DNA of 64,000 bases from a virus (Duplodnaviria; Caudoviricetes), in IMG/VR virus record IMGVR_UViG_3300014000_000001, positions 160,001-224,000 of that record. One strand, written 5' to 3'. Below the pieces are notes generated by a model. It searched no databases. It was not told the DNA's origin and was given only the letters and a program-made list of their open reading frames with translations. The translations under genes and the position numbers were made by a program. Below are positions 30,345 through 40,337 of this stretch, one piece after another (position 1 is the first letter of the stretch; each line of letters starts with the position of its first letter).

Positions 30345-32534
30345 ATGATTAACCTTATAGGCAGTGCAAAAACTGTCCAACAATTGATTGATAATCAGAC
30401 AGGGGTGGAGTTTCAAAACTCCACCATGATGATTCTAAGGGTCATGGGAACCACAGCAGCTGCGCCAACCAGTTACTATTCAGGTTATATCCAGATTAGA
30501 TACTCGGATATCCAATCTTTAGGAACCCCCGAATCATTAGCTGAATCTTTCACTGAATTGTTCGAAGAGACGTTCCGCTTTGCAATAGGATATGATGCGG
30601 CAGTGGATAAAATCACCTTTGGGATAAGCCCTGAAGGTTACTTGACTATCTCTGGGAATAATCCAGATATTAAAGTGGGCGCTTATAGTCCTGTTTTTGG
30701 AGAAGGGTCGGAGTTTATTAATCCGGGAGACATAGGTAAAATCCTAGGGTTCGAGCAAGTACCAAATAATGGGTTGTTAGATTGTTCCTATTCTGGAGCG
30801 GGTGAACTCTGGACCTATGTGAATTTAAACATCGATGAAGAACTACATATCATTGGTCGTACCACCTCACCTACGGTAAATCCCAAAAAATCATACGTGC
30901 GGTTTCGCAATAAAGATGGGAGTAAACATCATCGCATTGAACTTATCCCGACCAATGAAGGGACGGTTGTGTCACGAGATGGGGAAAGTTTAGAGTTCAC
31001 AGAAACCAAAGAGGGTTATGGTTTTTGTTTAGCTCCTGATCTTTGTTTTGAAACAGGGGTGGAGTTATCCATTACTGTTTCTACTGCTTTTAAAACCAAT
31101 GATGATGTGTCGACCATTTATGTTCGGGATAAGCGACGTAATGAACAAATTGCATCCATTCCAACTTATGGTGGGTTGACTCAAGAGCAATTAGCTCAAG
31201 AACTTAAAACTGCACTTGAAAGTACAGGACTAACTGTAAAAACAGAAACAGTTGATGAAACCTATTTAAAGTTAGACCTTATTAATTATTCTAGCGGGAA
31301 TATTACTTTAGAATTAATTTTCCCATATGGTGATTTGATTCCAGAGAATGCCATCACAGTTGAAGGTAATGCAAATACAACGGTCGGTTCAAAGAACTAC
31401 ATGTATGCAAATTATGCGGTTGGTTTTTGTATTGCACCATCTGAAAAACCTCAAATTGAAATTTCATGTGATGGAGCTACATCAACCACTGGTTTTGTTA
31501 CTCTTGATGGTCGTTTTGATGTTTATATTGATGACATGGAAACCCCAACGCACACTAACATCTCAGCTGAAGAGCTGTATGGCATCTATAAAGATGGACA
31601 TAACGGTCTACAGATTGAGACTGATGGTTCTGGAATTCCTATTGGTTGTGAGGGAGCAGCGGATTACATTATTGTTGGTCCATTAACTGATGGTGGCTTT
31701 TATGATGTCACGGTAAATGATCAAGTTGTTCCCTCTAGCGGACGCATGTTTAGGGATGGTGGGTTCCTGTCAGCGTTAGAAGAATATGGAATCAAGTTAA
31801 CTCCATTGGATGTGAGCAACGTAGAACAATCCCCATCCGAGGGAACTACAGATCGGTACTATGACGCTGAAAGAGGCTCATTTGTAAATACGACTGATGA
31901 ATACAAACGCATCTCAATCAAAGCGACGGATGCAACATTCGTTACTAATAACTGGACACCAGATGCTAATCAATCATTCACATTTGATAATGATTCAGCT
32001 ACCGCACACTTCTGTTTAGCTCCAGCAGAAGAAATATGTATCCCGACTTCAATCAAAACCAACCTCCCAGACTTCTATACTGATCCAACCCGTGCGGTTT
32101 ACTATTTAACAGCCCGTATTACCAAAGATGGGGTTGAAGAAACTAAAACCTTTAAATATAACTATGGGTTAGATACAGGTATTACTGCACTTTACACTTC
32201 GATATTCGATAAACTGATAAAGAATGATCCAAATCTTTACTACCTAAATCCACCTGTGGGTGGGTGGGCTGATGTATATAGTGTCCTGAGTTTAGATGTG
32301 GATAATAATTATCTTAATGGTCGAAGTGACGAGCCTGATTTCATCTCTAATCCTCTTGATATTGTATTCACTAAAACTCCAGTAAAGTTATTAGTTAGTG
32401 AGTCTGGATTCTCGGCGATTGATTTCTTTAGCTTATTAGTCGACCCTGGAACTCCCAACATAACAGAAACAAATTCAATCCACACATGTGGATATGGCTT
32501 GTATGGAAGTACAAGCGTGAAGCAACCTTCCTAG
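30345..32534 (+). CDS. Modular fibre-associated protein with Cys-bracketed repeats
   Basis: 729 aa; repeated ISCxGA / FC[LI]AP motifs; GGAG RBS. Confidence 0.65.
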   Translation: MINLIGSAKTVQQLIDNQTGVEFQNSTMMILRVMGTTAAAPTSYYSGYIQIRYSDIQSLGTPESLAESFTELFEETFRFAIGYDAAVDKITFGISPEGYLTISGNNPDIKVGAYSPVFGEGSEFINPGDIGKILGFEQVPNNGLLDCSYSGAGELWTYVNLNIDEELHIIGRTTSPTVNPKKSYVRFRNKDGSKHHRIELIPTNEGTVVSRDGESLEFTETKEGYGFCLAPDLCFETGVELSITVSTAFKTNDDVSTIYVRDKRRNEQIASIPTYGGLTQEQLAQELKTALESTGLTVKTETVDETYLKLDLINYSSGNITLELIFPYGDLIPENAITVEGNANTTVGSKNYMYANYAVGFCIAPSEKPQIEISCDGATSTTGFVTLDGRFDVYIDDMETPTHTNISAEELYGIYKDGHNGLQIETDGSGIPIGCEGAADYIIVGPLTDGGFYDVTVNDQVVPSSGRMFRDGGFLSALEEYGIKLTPLDVSNVEQSPSEGTTDRYYDAERGSFVNTTDEYKRISIKATDATFVTNNWTPDANQSFTFDNDSATAHFCLAPAEEICIPTSIKTNLPDFYTDPTRAVYYLTARITKDGVEETKTFKYNYGLDTGITALYTSIFDKLIKNDPNLYYLNPPVGGWADVYSVLSLDVDNNYLNGRSDEPDFISNPLDIVFTKTPVKLLVSESGFSAIDFFSLLVDPGTPNITETNSIHTCGYGLYGSTSVKQPS

Positions 32535-32543
32535 GGTATAATT

Positions 32544-32575
32544 TTTCCCCTCAATGAATATTCATTGAGGGGAAA
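32544..32575. terminator. Perfect 32-bp palindrome
   Basis: tttcccctcaatgaat|attcattgaggggaaa, no spacer, intergenic. Confidence 0.65.
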
Positions 32576-32607
32576 TTAGTTAAAAAAATTAGTAAGGTGT
32601 TACAGTT

Positions 32608-33483
32608 ATGAAACTTAATTTTAAGAATATCGGAAATACGAATAAACGTCTTAAGATTGTACCAACTAATGGTGCTACAATAACTAAAGTTAATGTCACT
32701 AATCCGACTTTTGGATTAGATACAAATAATGTGGCTACTTTCTGTTTGACATCTAAGCCAGAAATTAGTTGTTATGGTGCTACTTTAAATGTTTTCATTG
32801 CGGCTAAACATTTAGAATCAGAAACGGATATTCCAGATACCACAATGGCAACCGTTGAAGTTTATGATCGGGGGACGGTTGAAATTGATTTTGATAGCTC
32901 TATTACAGATATCAATAATGAATTAGCGAAAGTTGGATTGTTCGCTTATGCAATCCCTGGAGGATTGCTGGAGGTTGTGAATGATCTTCAAACTGCGGCA
33001 CGAGTAATCGTTACAGCGATCAATGGCGCATCTATGAAAATAGATATAGATAATCCTAACCCAACAGCGGATTTTATTAATGAGCAATCAATTTACTTCT
33101 GTTTAACTGAAAAACAAGAGCAAGGTAAAGTTTATGATCTAAAATTAGACGATAAAGGATTACATCCTAGCGATAATATTTATTCAGGTACTATCACTCC
33201 ACCAAATACAGATTTAAAATTAGCTTTCCAAATCCAATGGTATGATGTGCAAACTCAAGACGGTAATAACGGCAGAGTGACACTGGTAAGTGATTATATA
33301 AATATTTCCTCTGATGGTTCAACATGGTCAGTTGATGTAAATACATTACCTAGTAGTAAGAAACCTCAATTCGGGTACCCTTCAGGTTATATGGAAGTAT
33401 CCATATCTCAAAATCATGGCCTTAACGATCCATCCTTTGTGATTAATGAAGATAAAATATTGTACCCACATACAGCTGTGTAA
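32608..33483 (+). CDS. Modular fibre-associated protein with Cys-bracketed repeat
   Basis: 291 aa; TFCLTSKPEISCYGA and YFCLTE motifs shared with 30345..32534; AAGG upstream. Confidence 0.65.
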   Translation: MKLNFKNIGNTNKRLKIVPTNGATITKVNVTNPTFGLDTNNVATFCLTSKPEISCYGATLNVFIAAKHLESETDIPDTTMATVEVYDRGTVEIDFDSSITDINNELAKVGLFAYAIPGGLLEVVNDLQTAARVIVTAINGASMKIDIDNPNPTADFINEQSIYFCLTEKQEQGKVYDLKLDDKGLHPSDNIYSGTITPPNTDLKLAFQIQWYDVQTQDGNNGRVTLVSDYINISSDGSTWSVDVNTLPSSKKPQFGYPSGYMEVSISQNHGLNDPSFVINEDKILYPHTAV

Positions 33484-33551
33484 GTTGATATTCTATGAAT
33501 ATCTACGAGATTTTCTACTTCTAACAACTTTTGCCTTCGGAGCACCTATTT

Positions 33552-34625
33552 ATGAAACCAGTTCTAAGTATTAAGGACCTCGTAACCAACCCACAGTTTG
33601 GTGTCAATGTTGTCATTACTGCAGCGATTGCCAAAGTGGAAGATGCAGCAATTTTAGAGTACAGTTTAGACACACGCAAAACTACAATCCATCTTATTCA
33701 GGAGCACCCAAATTATCCTGAAACGGGTATTAAAGCTATTGTTAACTTTACTCGCACAAATGCACCAGACAACAAAGCATTTTTTGCTAAGCTTGAAAAC
33801 TATGAGTTCCACACTCATGGAGAAATTCAAAGTGAAGAATTTAAAGCAGCATTCTTACCACTTTATACCGCTTACTTGAAAACATCGTTAGGTTATGGTG
33901 ATGATGCTGAGTTATCTTTTGTTACTGTAGGTCGTGACAATAAAGCAATTATTCAATTCACATCTACCCGTAAAAAAGATGTATATGATGCAGAAGGGAA
34001 CAAAACCACTGTATCTAAACAAAGCTCCCACCGTGTAAGCTGGAAACTACTCGACCCTAAAGTAGATTACAATAACGTGATTGTATTCCCACGTCCGTTA
34101 TTCAACACAGTAGCTAAGTTCATTAAGAAAGTTGCTGAACTTATGGATATTGCTCCAGAACGCATCTACGTTAAAGAGGACCCAACTAATCTAGGTGTAG
34201 ATAGTGTTGAAGTTTATATTGGACCAAATGATCTTACTTATTCAGGTTCAATCACTGTTAGTATCCCACCTGCAGGTGAGGCTGTTCATGTGTATAATCT
34301 AACTACAGGAGATGAGGTACTTCCTGAAGAAGGTGAAGACGATGAAACTCAAACCCCACCTCCAGTTGCAACTATTACTGATGTTGAATTTGACGCTGCA
34401 ACTAAAACAGTAACAGCACTGGTCACCAATGCAACTCAGGTAACCATTGAAGCTCAAGGCGTTACAGCTAAAACCGTGAATGTGGTTGATGGTATCGTAT
34501 CCTACATGTTCACAGAAACATTAGTTGAAGGTACAGCTATCGTGATTAAAGCAGGTACTGTTACAAATCAAGTAACTATCCCTGTAACACCACCTCAAGA
34601 GGATGGTGAAGATCTTAAGGTGTAA
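33552..34625 (+). CDS. Putative virion structural/decoration protein with C-terminal Ig-like domain
   Basis: ATG 33552 after GGAG (track start is TTG 33531); acidic/Pro linker then T/V-rich beta domain; high-expression codon bias. Confidence 0.55.
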   Translation: MKPVLSIKDLVTNPQFGVNVVITAAIAKVEDAAILEYSLDTRKTTIHLIQEHPNYPETGIKAIVNFTRTNAPDNKAFFAKLENYEFHTHGEIQSEEFKAAFLPLYTAYLKTSLGYGDDAELSFVTVGRDNKAIIQFTSTRKKDVYDAEGNKTTVSKQSSHRVSWKLLDPKVDYNNVIVFPRPLFNTVAKFIKKVAELMDIAPERIYVKEDPTNLGVDSVEVYIGPNDLTYSGSITVSIPPAGEAVHVYNLTTGDEVLPEEGEDDETQTPPPVATITDVEFDAATKTVTALVTNATQVTIEAQGVTAKTVNVVDGIVSYMFTETLVEGTAIVIKAGTVTNQVTIPVTPPQEDGEDLKV

Positions 34626-34661
34626 GCGATGAAGGTAATCAAGGCGGTTAATGTTTAAACA

Positions 34662-34695
34662 TAATTAAGGATGTTCCTAGGAACATCCTTAATTA
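34662..34695. terminator. CCTAGG-centred perfect palindrome (34 bp)
   Basis: taattaaggatgttcct|aggaacatccttaatta. Confidence 0.7.
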
Positions 34696-34746
34696 ATTAT
34701 GATCAAAAGTATTTTATGACATATTTATAACTGACGAGATAAGATC

Positions 34747-35667
34747 ATGCGTAACATTGTACGCTTAGCTGGAGGTTCATATTTTCAGCTCGCTAAGGCT
34801 ATTGGAGCTCCAATTATCCCTCAAGCTAACTCAACATTAAATGAAGCCGTTAACAATAAAGATGTGGTACCGTTTCAGCCTGCGATTCCAACAGCGGGAA
34901 TGGAGTATGCTGCCGATTACAACTATCAAACTGATAGCGCTGGTGTAAAGTTTCAATACCTAGCAATCGGTTGTGGTGGGCACTATTCAGTCACCAACGC
35001 CACTCACGGTATTCCGACCACACAAACCAAACCCCACAAAGCGCGACACACTGGATTGTATCGTCAAATTCCATTTGTATGTAAGCCTCTTGATAATGAT
35101 TTATCAATAGAAGAACGTGCAAAATATCGTTTACGTAAAGTGGTGACTATTAATGGTGTGCAGTACGCAGCTTACTTCTTGCGCTACATTGATTTATCAG
35201 CATCGACTATCGTACAGGTTACGGTGAAAAAAGATAAAGGGATTAAATCCTCAAATCCATACACACCAACCATTAATGATTTAGTTCCCCAAGATCCAGA
35301 AATTAACGGAACCAATGACGGGACATACTTACAAACCTATATCACTACAGAAATCACCTTCAATACTACAGAAGCTGCGTATCTACGCGAAGTTGCCGCA
35401 CTTTGGTTTGGTGATGAGAACGCAGCGATCGTTTCAGAAATTGATATCTGTTCTGGGGTGGACAAACCAATTACGAAACGTTATCCTGCAACAGGTAACC
35501 AAACCGCGCAGCAGGTTAATTCTTCATTAAAAGAAGCTTTAGCAGTGCAAGGTGGGATTGTTGAATCCACATTCATGGCAATGACCTTTGCCAATGGCGC
35601 GGTATCTGAGAAAATCTATATCGGTACCGAAGATCCACTATACGGTACAAACGCTACCAGTGGCTAA
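34747..35667 (+). CDS. phiKZ gp139-like virion structural protein
   Basis: 306 aa; NSTLNE, YLAIGCGGH, LYRQIPFV, NDLS.EER.KYRLRK, AAYFLR and IVSEIDICSGVD motifs; immediately precedes the resolvase. Confidence 0.72.
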   Translation: MRNIVRLAGGSYFQLAKAIGAPIIPQANSTLNEAVNNKDVVPFQPAIPTAGMEYAADYNYQTDSAGVKFQYLAIGCGGHYSVTNATHGIPTTQTKPHKARHTGLYRQIPFVCKPLDNDLSIEERAKYRLRKVVTINGVQYAAYFLRYIDLSASTIVQVTVKKDKGIKSSNPYTPTINDLVPQDPEINGTNDGTYLQTYITTEITFNTTEAAYLREVAALWFGDENAAIVSEIDICSGVDKPITKRYPATGNQTAQQVNSSLKEALAVQGGIVESTFMAMTFANGAVSEKIYIGTEDPLYGTNATSG

Positions 35668-36289
35668 GAAAGTCATTGTAAGTGTTGACCCTGGGGTTAA
35701 TCTAGGATTAAGTTGTTTAGAGTTAGATTTAGAAACTAAACAGACCAAAGTCCTAGATGCTCACACCTGTAGTTTAAATGATATTGCTGAAAACTATTAT
35801 AGTGATAGAATTCATTGCTTAGGTTTAGCATTAACACGAATTACAGTGATTGAAGATTTGATTAAAGATTACGCTGCTTTTTGGCAACCAGATTTCTTCA
35901 TCCATGAAACTGCATTCTCAGCCCATGGAAGAAAGTTCGGAGGGTCGATTGAATCATTCGCTTCTTTAAGGGAAAACATTTTAGGAATAAAATTAGCTGC
36001 TTGTCGTTACGATTCGAGTATCCCAATTATATCAATCAATCCAAATACGGTGAAGTATTGTGTCATTGGAGAGAAGAATAATGACAAAGACCAGATGAAG
36101 GACGGTATAAAAAGTAAAACCGACCTTGATCTATCGGGAGTGAACGTGGATAAGTTGGACCAACACGGAGTCGATAGCATTGCTATTGGTTATACCTTCA
36201 TTCATAAACACATTTATGGGGTGCAAGATGTTAAATGTTCTAAACGTAGCCCGAGCGTTAAAAGAAATAAAAATAAAACAACTGGATGA
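35660..36289 (+). CDS. ruvC: RuvC-like Holliday junction resolvase
   Basis: VIVSVDPGVNLG, IHETAF, INPNTVK and DQHGVDSIAIGY acidic RNase H-fold motifs. Likely start GTG 35660 overlapping upstream stop (track start 35588). Confidence 0.85.
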   Translation: MAKKVIVSVDPGVNLGLSCLELDLETKQTKVLDAHTCSLNDIAENYYSDRIHCLGLALTRITVIEDLIKDYAAFWQPDFFIHETAFSAHGRKFGGSIESFASLRENILGIKLAACRYDSSIPIISINPNTVKYCVIGEKNNDKDQMKDGIKSKTDLDLSGVNVDKLDQHGVDSIAIGYTFIHKHIYGVQDVKCSKRSPSVKRNKNKTTG

Positions 36290-36740
36290 TGAATTTCAAC
36301 AAGCAATCATTGGAGTAATCAATCCTTTATTTCCAGTAAACATCAATATTAGTAGTGAGACATCGGGAGATGAATTAATACGTTTATTGGACAACGATGT
36401 TCCTCGGGAATTAAGAATGACAATCATTGCCGCGATAGTATTTGATAATGATGACATTCGTCGATTCTACACAGACCTCGAACGTTGTCAAAGAGATAAT
36501 GTCCGCAATGTTGAGTTCGATGACAATGTTAAAGGAAACTTTATTTTGAATAACGCGTTTCTTGTAATCGTTGTCGTATCTGTGATGATGGTCATCTATT
36601 TCAAATCATCGGTAGTGCGTGGTAATTTACCACCGTCAAATAGTTTACCCGTGATTGCTCTCATTGTAAAAGCGTTATCCACAGACGTAACAGTTGTTGA
36701 AAAACATATTGAAAAAGATTTAGGTGAAGAAACACCGTAA
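36228..36740 (+). CDS. Membrane protein (candidate lysis-associated)
   Basis: ATG 36228 after GGGG; TM segment AFLVIVVVSVMMVIYF plus a second hydrophobic stretch; near endolysin. Confidence 0.55.
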   Translation: MLNVLNVARALKEIKIKQLDDEFQQAIIGVINPLFPVNINISSETSGDELIRLLDNDVPRELRMTIIAAIVFDNDDIRRFYTDLERCQRDNVRNVEFDDNVKGNFILNNAFLVIVVVSVMMVIYFKSSVVRGNLPPSNSLPVIALIVKALSTDVTVVEKHIEKDLGEETP

Positions 36741-36768
36741 TGAGAGGATGCCTAGGCATCCTCTCATT
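36739..36768. terminator. CCTAGG-centred perfect palindrome (30 bp)
   Basis: aatgagaggatgcct|aggcatcctctcatt followed by tatttttat. Confidence 0.75.
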
Positions 36769-36825
36769 TATTTTTATCTATTTAAATCTTACTATGAACT
36801 AATATAGCAACAGACAGGATATCAC

Positions 36826-38379
36826 ATGTCAACCAATAACCCTGAAAATGAATTAGCTTATACCACAGTAAAAGAAACCTCCCACGGTATTCGTGAAATT
36901 TCAGACTTCATTCATTTATTCGCTCACCAAGTGAAGATTCCAAGTGAATCAATCGGTAGCGCACGTCTATTAACGCGTAAAGAAATTAGTCAAGAGTATC
37001 CAACGTATGGGTCATACATGGATTCTCTTAGACGTTTCGCAAGTTACTTAAAAGCAACAGCAATGGATCATTCACCCGATGCATACTCAATGCGAGCGCA
37101 TAACATCGCAGCAGTTGTTCGTCTTTTAGATGTAACCTCACGCCTGCAATTCTTTAAAGCATTTGAAGAGTATGTTGATCTTTATACATCGGATAATGTG
37201 GGTTGGGGGATGTTATCCTTACATGCTACATTTAGCAATAACCAATTGGTTCAAACGGATGTTTATTTAGGAGATACAAAACTAGATCTCTCTAAACCCA
37301 TTCACGTTCAATTAATTGATTGGGACGGTGAGTTGGTTGAGTTTTATAATCTCGTAGACCTTAACCAAAAATATCGCACCGAGCCTGAATATGTACGCGA
37401 TGAAAATGACGCGTTACAGATAGATTCGACAACAGGTAAACCTAAATTGAAAAATAAGGTTTACCCTGTTAATTTGGGTTTGGTGGTGTCCGATGACTCC
37501 GTGGCGAATCAGGCATTACATGAGGAAGCTGAACGTAAGTTTGGGGCTTTAAATAAATCAGATATTCGTAAATCCATGACACGTTCTATTTTGGATTTCC
37601 CACTCATGCGAATTGTCAATCCAGAAGAAGATGAAGAACTCACGATCACCTCGTATCAAACACCAGTTTTTACTCAAATGGACTATTGTCATGATATTGA
37701 GTTTAATGATGTGTTAGCGGTAATGGTGAAATTTAATGAATTGAAAGAGAAAGGTTATTTCAATAACTTACGTGAATTCTCTTTATTGAATTTATTTCGT
37801 TGGGGAGTTTTATCACTAGAAGCATGGGATCGTGGGAAACAAATTTTCGATGCAGTGATGAATGCACCTAAGCTAGATGAGTACAATACCATCATTGATC
37901 GTAAAATGGTCACTTGGGGTACGGCTTGTATTGCTGACTTACAAAAACGTAATCCACAACAAAGTAAAGACATCACAGATAACATTGTAATCTCAGGATC
38001 AGCGTTATCAAAAATGGCTTCTATGTTTGGTCAAGGTTATTTGATCGTTCGTAGTTTGATCGTAACAGACGTTGAGCCTGATGATGTAGGTTTTCGTGAA
38101 GCTCGTTTAGCGTTGCGTTCTAAGCGTGAGCGAACTAACCGTTTCCAGTCCATTACTCGCTTAAATGCAGATGAATATAAAATTGTTGAATTGGATAAAG
38201 ACGACAATATCATTGGGGTAGTGAATGCAATTGATGTGATGGCGATCATTAACTATGATGCTGAGGTTGTGGTTATTTCATTTGAAGATAGTGACCAGCT
38301 CGATGATCAGAAGAAGAAAGATCTTTACCATGCAATTTATGAATATAAACCCACCAGTGTAGAAATGAAAAAAGCATAA
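36826..38379 (+). CDS. Hypothetical protein
   Basis: 517-aa ORF, AGGA RBS, TATG at 36793; no recognisable motif. Confidence 0.75.
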   Translation: MSTNNPENELAYTTVKETSHGIREISDFIHLFAHQVKIPSESIGSARLLTRKEISQEYPTYGSYMDSLRRFASYLKATAMDHSPDAYSMRAHNIAAVVRLLDVTSRLQFFKAFEEYVDLYTSDNVGWGMLSLHATFSNNQLVQTDVYLGDTKLDLSKPIHVQLIDWDGELVEFYNLVDLNQKYRTEPEYVRDENDALQIDSTTGKPKLKNKVYPVNLGLVVSDDSVANQALHEEAERKFGALNKSDIRKSMTRSILDFPLMRIVNPEEDEELTITSYQTPVFTQMDYCHDIEFNDVLAVMVKFNELKEKGYFNNLREFSLLNLFRWGVLSLEAWDRGKQIFDAVMNAPKLDEYNTIIDRKMVTWGTACIADLQKRNPQQSKDITDNIVISGSALSKMASMFGQGYLIVRSLIVTDVEPDDVGFREARLALRSKRERTNRFQSITRLNADEYKIVELDKDDNIIGVVNAIDVMAIINYDAEVVVISFEDSDQLDDQKKKDLYHAIYEYKPTSVEMKKA

Positions 38380-38382
38380 AGA

Positions 38383-38412
38383 AATTAGAAGCTCCCTAGG
38401 GAGCTTCTAATT
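38383..38412. terminator. CCTAGG-centred perfect palindrome (30 bp) between convergent genes
   Basis: aattagaagctccct|agggagcttctaatt. Confidence 0.75.
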
Positions 38413-38422
38413 ATGCAGTTGA

Positions 38423-39016
38423 TTAAATTCCAAGCATGGCTTTAACACGGTTCACTTGTTTGATACGATCATCCAAACCATTAAACCCACCGTTAATTTT
38501 CTTGGTAATTGCATTGACGTCATCTTTAAGAGCAAGAGCTGTTAAACCTTTGTCTGTCCAATAACGACATGCAATGATTACGGAAATGTCTGCATGAGCT
38601 GCCCGAGTTGGGTCGGTGACTAAATCAATTCCGAGTTTCTTAGAATAAAGAACATAATTGGCATAACCCGTTAATTGGAATATACCACGTCCTTTAAAGC
38701 GAACCCCATAACCTGGAACTGTATTACCTAGATCAACTCGACCCTCGTAAGCTTTACCAGAAGCAATCTCTTCTAAATAAGTAAATGAACCAGTCTCATG
38801 TACCGCTTGCCCTAAGAAGTGAGCAAGGATAAGAGGATGGTCTAAAATACCAGAATCTTTGAAGTGAACACTTGCAGCTAAACCTAGAGCTTCAGCACGT
38901 GCTTGTTTAGCACCAAGTTTCTTAAATAAGGCAGTAAGCGTACCAGAACCAATAACACCGTCTGGAGTAGTTCCCACTGCTTTTTGAAGCCTGATGATGT
39001 AGCTTTTATCCATCAT
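38423..39016 (-). CDS. Endolysin: short peptidoglycan-binding segment plus glycoside hydrolase family 19 domain
   Basis: LQKAVG..PDGVIG.GT binding motif; AHFLGQAVHETG, YEGRVDLGN, FKGRGIFQLTG..NY and TKKINGGFNGLDDR GH19 motifs. Confidence 0.92.
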   Translation of the reverse strand: MMDKSYIIRLQKAVGTTPDGVIGSGTLTALFKKLGAKQARAEALGLAASVHFKDSGILDHPLILAHFLGQAVHETGSFTYLEEIASGKAYEGRVDLGNTVPGYGVRFKGRGIFQLTGYANYVLYSKKLGIDLVTDPTRAAHADISVIIACRYWTDKGLTALALKDDVNAITKKINGGFNGLDDRIKQVNRVKAMLGI

Positions 39017-39044
39017 GACAATAACCTGTAAAAAAATAATAGGT

Positions 39045-39056
39045 CATAAAATTTAC
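39045..39056. promoter_or_regulatory. Back-to-back late (TATG, - strand) and middle-type (AAAATTTAC, + strand) promoter elements
   Basis: cata at 39045-48 upstream of endolysin; aaaatttac at 39048-56 matches the phiKZ middle consensus AAanntTAC upstream of ORF 39105. Short motifs, weak specificity. Confidence 0.35.
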
Positions 39057-39104
39057 ATTTTTACAGATGGAGGATAATTTATAACCAGTATAGAGGTACC
39101 TAAT

Positions 39105-40337
39105 ATGTCAAACAAATCAAGAGCAAGAAAGAATAAACGTATTCAATTAGTATCGAAGGATGAATTACGCATTGCTCGTTATAACCATACTCTAGAGATC
39201 GCGACCAGACGGGTAACTAAAAGTTTTGGTACATATCCCGTATTACTTATTAATCCAAGAGCGAACGGTAGGATCTATGCTCGAGGTGGATTGAAAAAAG
39301 CTATAAGCTCAATCAAAGATGGGATAAAAGGTAGTTTATCTCATAGGGCACAATGTGTTGCTTTTGATCCAGATGATAAATGGCTGGAGGACCTTATTTC
39401 GAAACATGGACTAAATGCATTTGTACCAACTCACTTACAACCTCAAGCGTTACGTGACTCGTTTACTAATCCTAGCTTCTCAATCGCAGCACGCGGGATG
39501 GAGGAAGGGGATGGTTTTGAAATCATGACTTGGGATGCAGTTGAAAATAGTGAAATTTCAGACACACTTAACGCATTTAAACATTGGCAAGAAGATATGT
39601 TAGGGCAATGTGGGATAGTCCCTGAACTTTTAGAAATGAAAAATGAGGTCGGATTTGCTTCGCAATATATCGCACCAATCCCTAAAAATACGCCTAAAGA
39701 AGAACCCCAAAGATACGCAAGTCTCATATCCCCACAAAGACAACGAGAATGCCAAACCCCACAACATATCATTGACACCTTGTATGGGAATCGTGAAATC
39801 CCAATCGATGATAGTAAGATTACCGAACATAAAACAGCATCCCAATTAATACAAGAGCGGTTGCTACATGAGAAAGAAGAGCGGCGAACTTTAAAGAGTA
39901 TTGAACAAATACAATCGTCATTAGGTTTAAGCAAACCATTTGATCATTTCTATCTAAAGGTCCCTATTACGGTTTATGAGTTCTTTGAACATTATTTAAC
40001 AATATTACCCGATGGTAGATGGCTCCCTAAACCAGAACTTCGCGATGCACCAATTGACATGTTGAAAACACCGTATAAATCTGGTCCATTTATGTTGGCT
40101 GTTGTTACTGCCAATGAAGACACCGAATGGCGGGTTCAGCTTGAAAATTACGGATATGCAAGAATGGAAATTAATCATCAAGAGATACAGTTCGCCTCAG
40201 GTGAACCTAACTTTAAACAAGTGAAGCGCTATTTCTTAATCGTGTTAGAAAGCAAGCTTTCACATAACTGTCTTAAAGGTTTTAATATTGGACAGCCCTT
40301 CCATATTACGGATTTATTATTGGAGAATAAATCATGA
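39105..40337 (+). CDS. Hypothetical protein containing a portal-like segment
   Basis: 410-aa ORF, AGAGGT RBS, basic N-terminus; see findings. Confidence 0.7.
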   Translation: MSNKSRARKNKRIQLVSKDELRIARYNHTLEIATRRVTKSFGTYPVLLINPRANGRIYARGGLKKAISSIKDGIKGSLSHRAQCVAFDPDDKWLEDLISKHGLNAFVPTHLQPQALRDSFTNPSFSIAARGMEEGDGFEIMTWDAVENSEISDTLNAFKHWQEDMLGQCGIVPELLEMKNEVGFASQYIAPIPKNTPKEEPQRYASLISPQRQRECQTPQHIIDTLYGNREIPIDDSKITEHKTASQLIQERLLHEKEERRTLKSIEQIQSSLGLSKPFDHFYLKVPITVYEFFEHYLTILPDGRWLPKPELRDAPIDMLKTPYKSGPFMLAVVTANEDTEWRVQLENYGYARMEINHQEIQFASGEPNFKQVKRYFLIVLESKLSHNCLKGFNIGQPFHITDLLLENKS

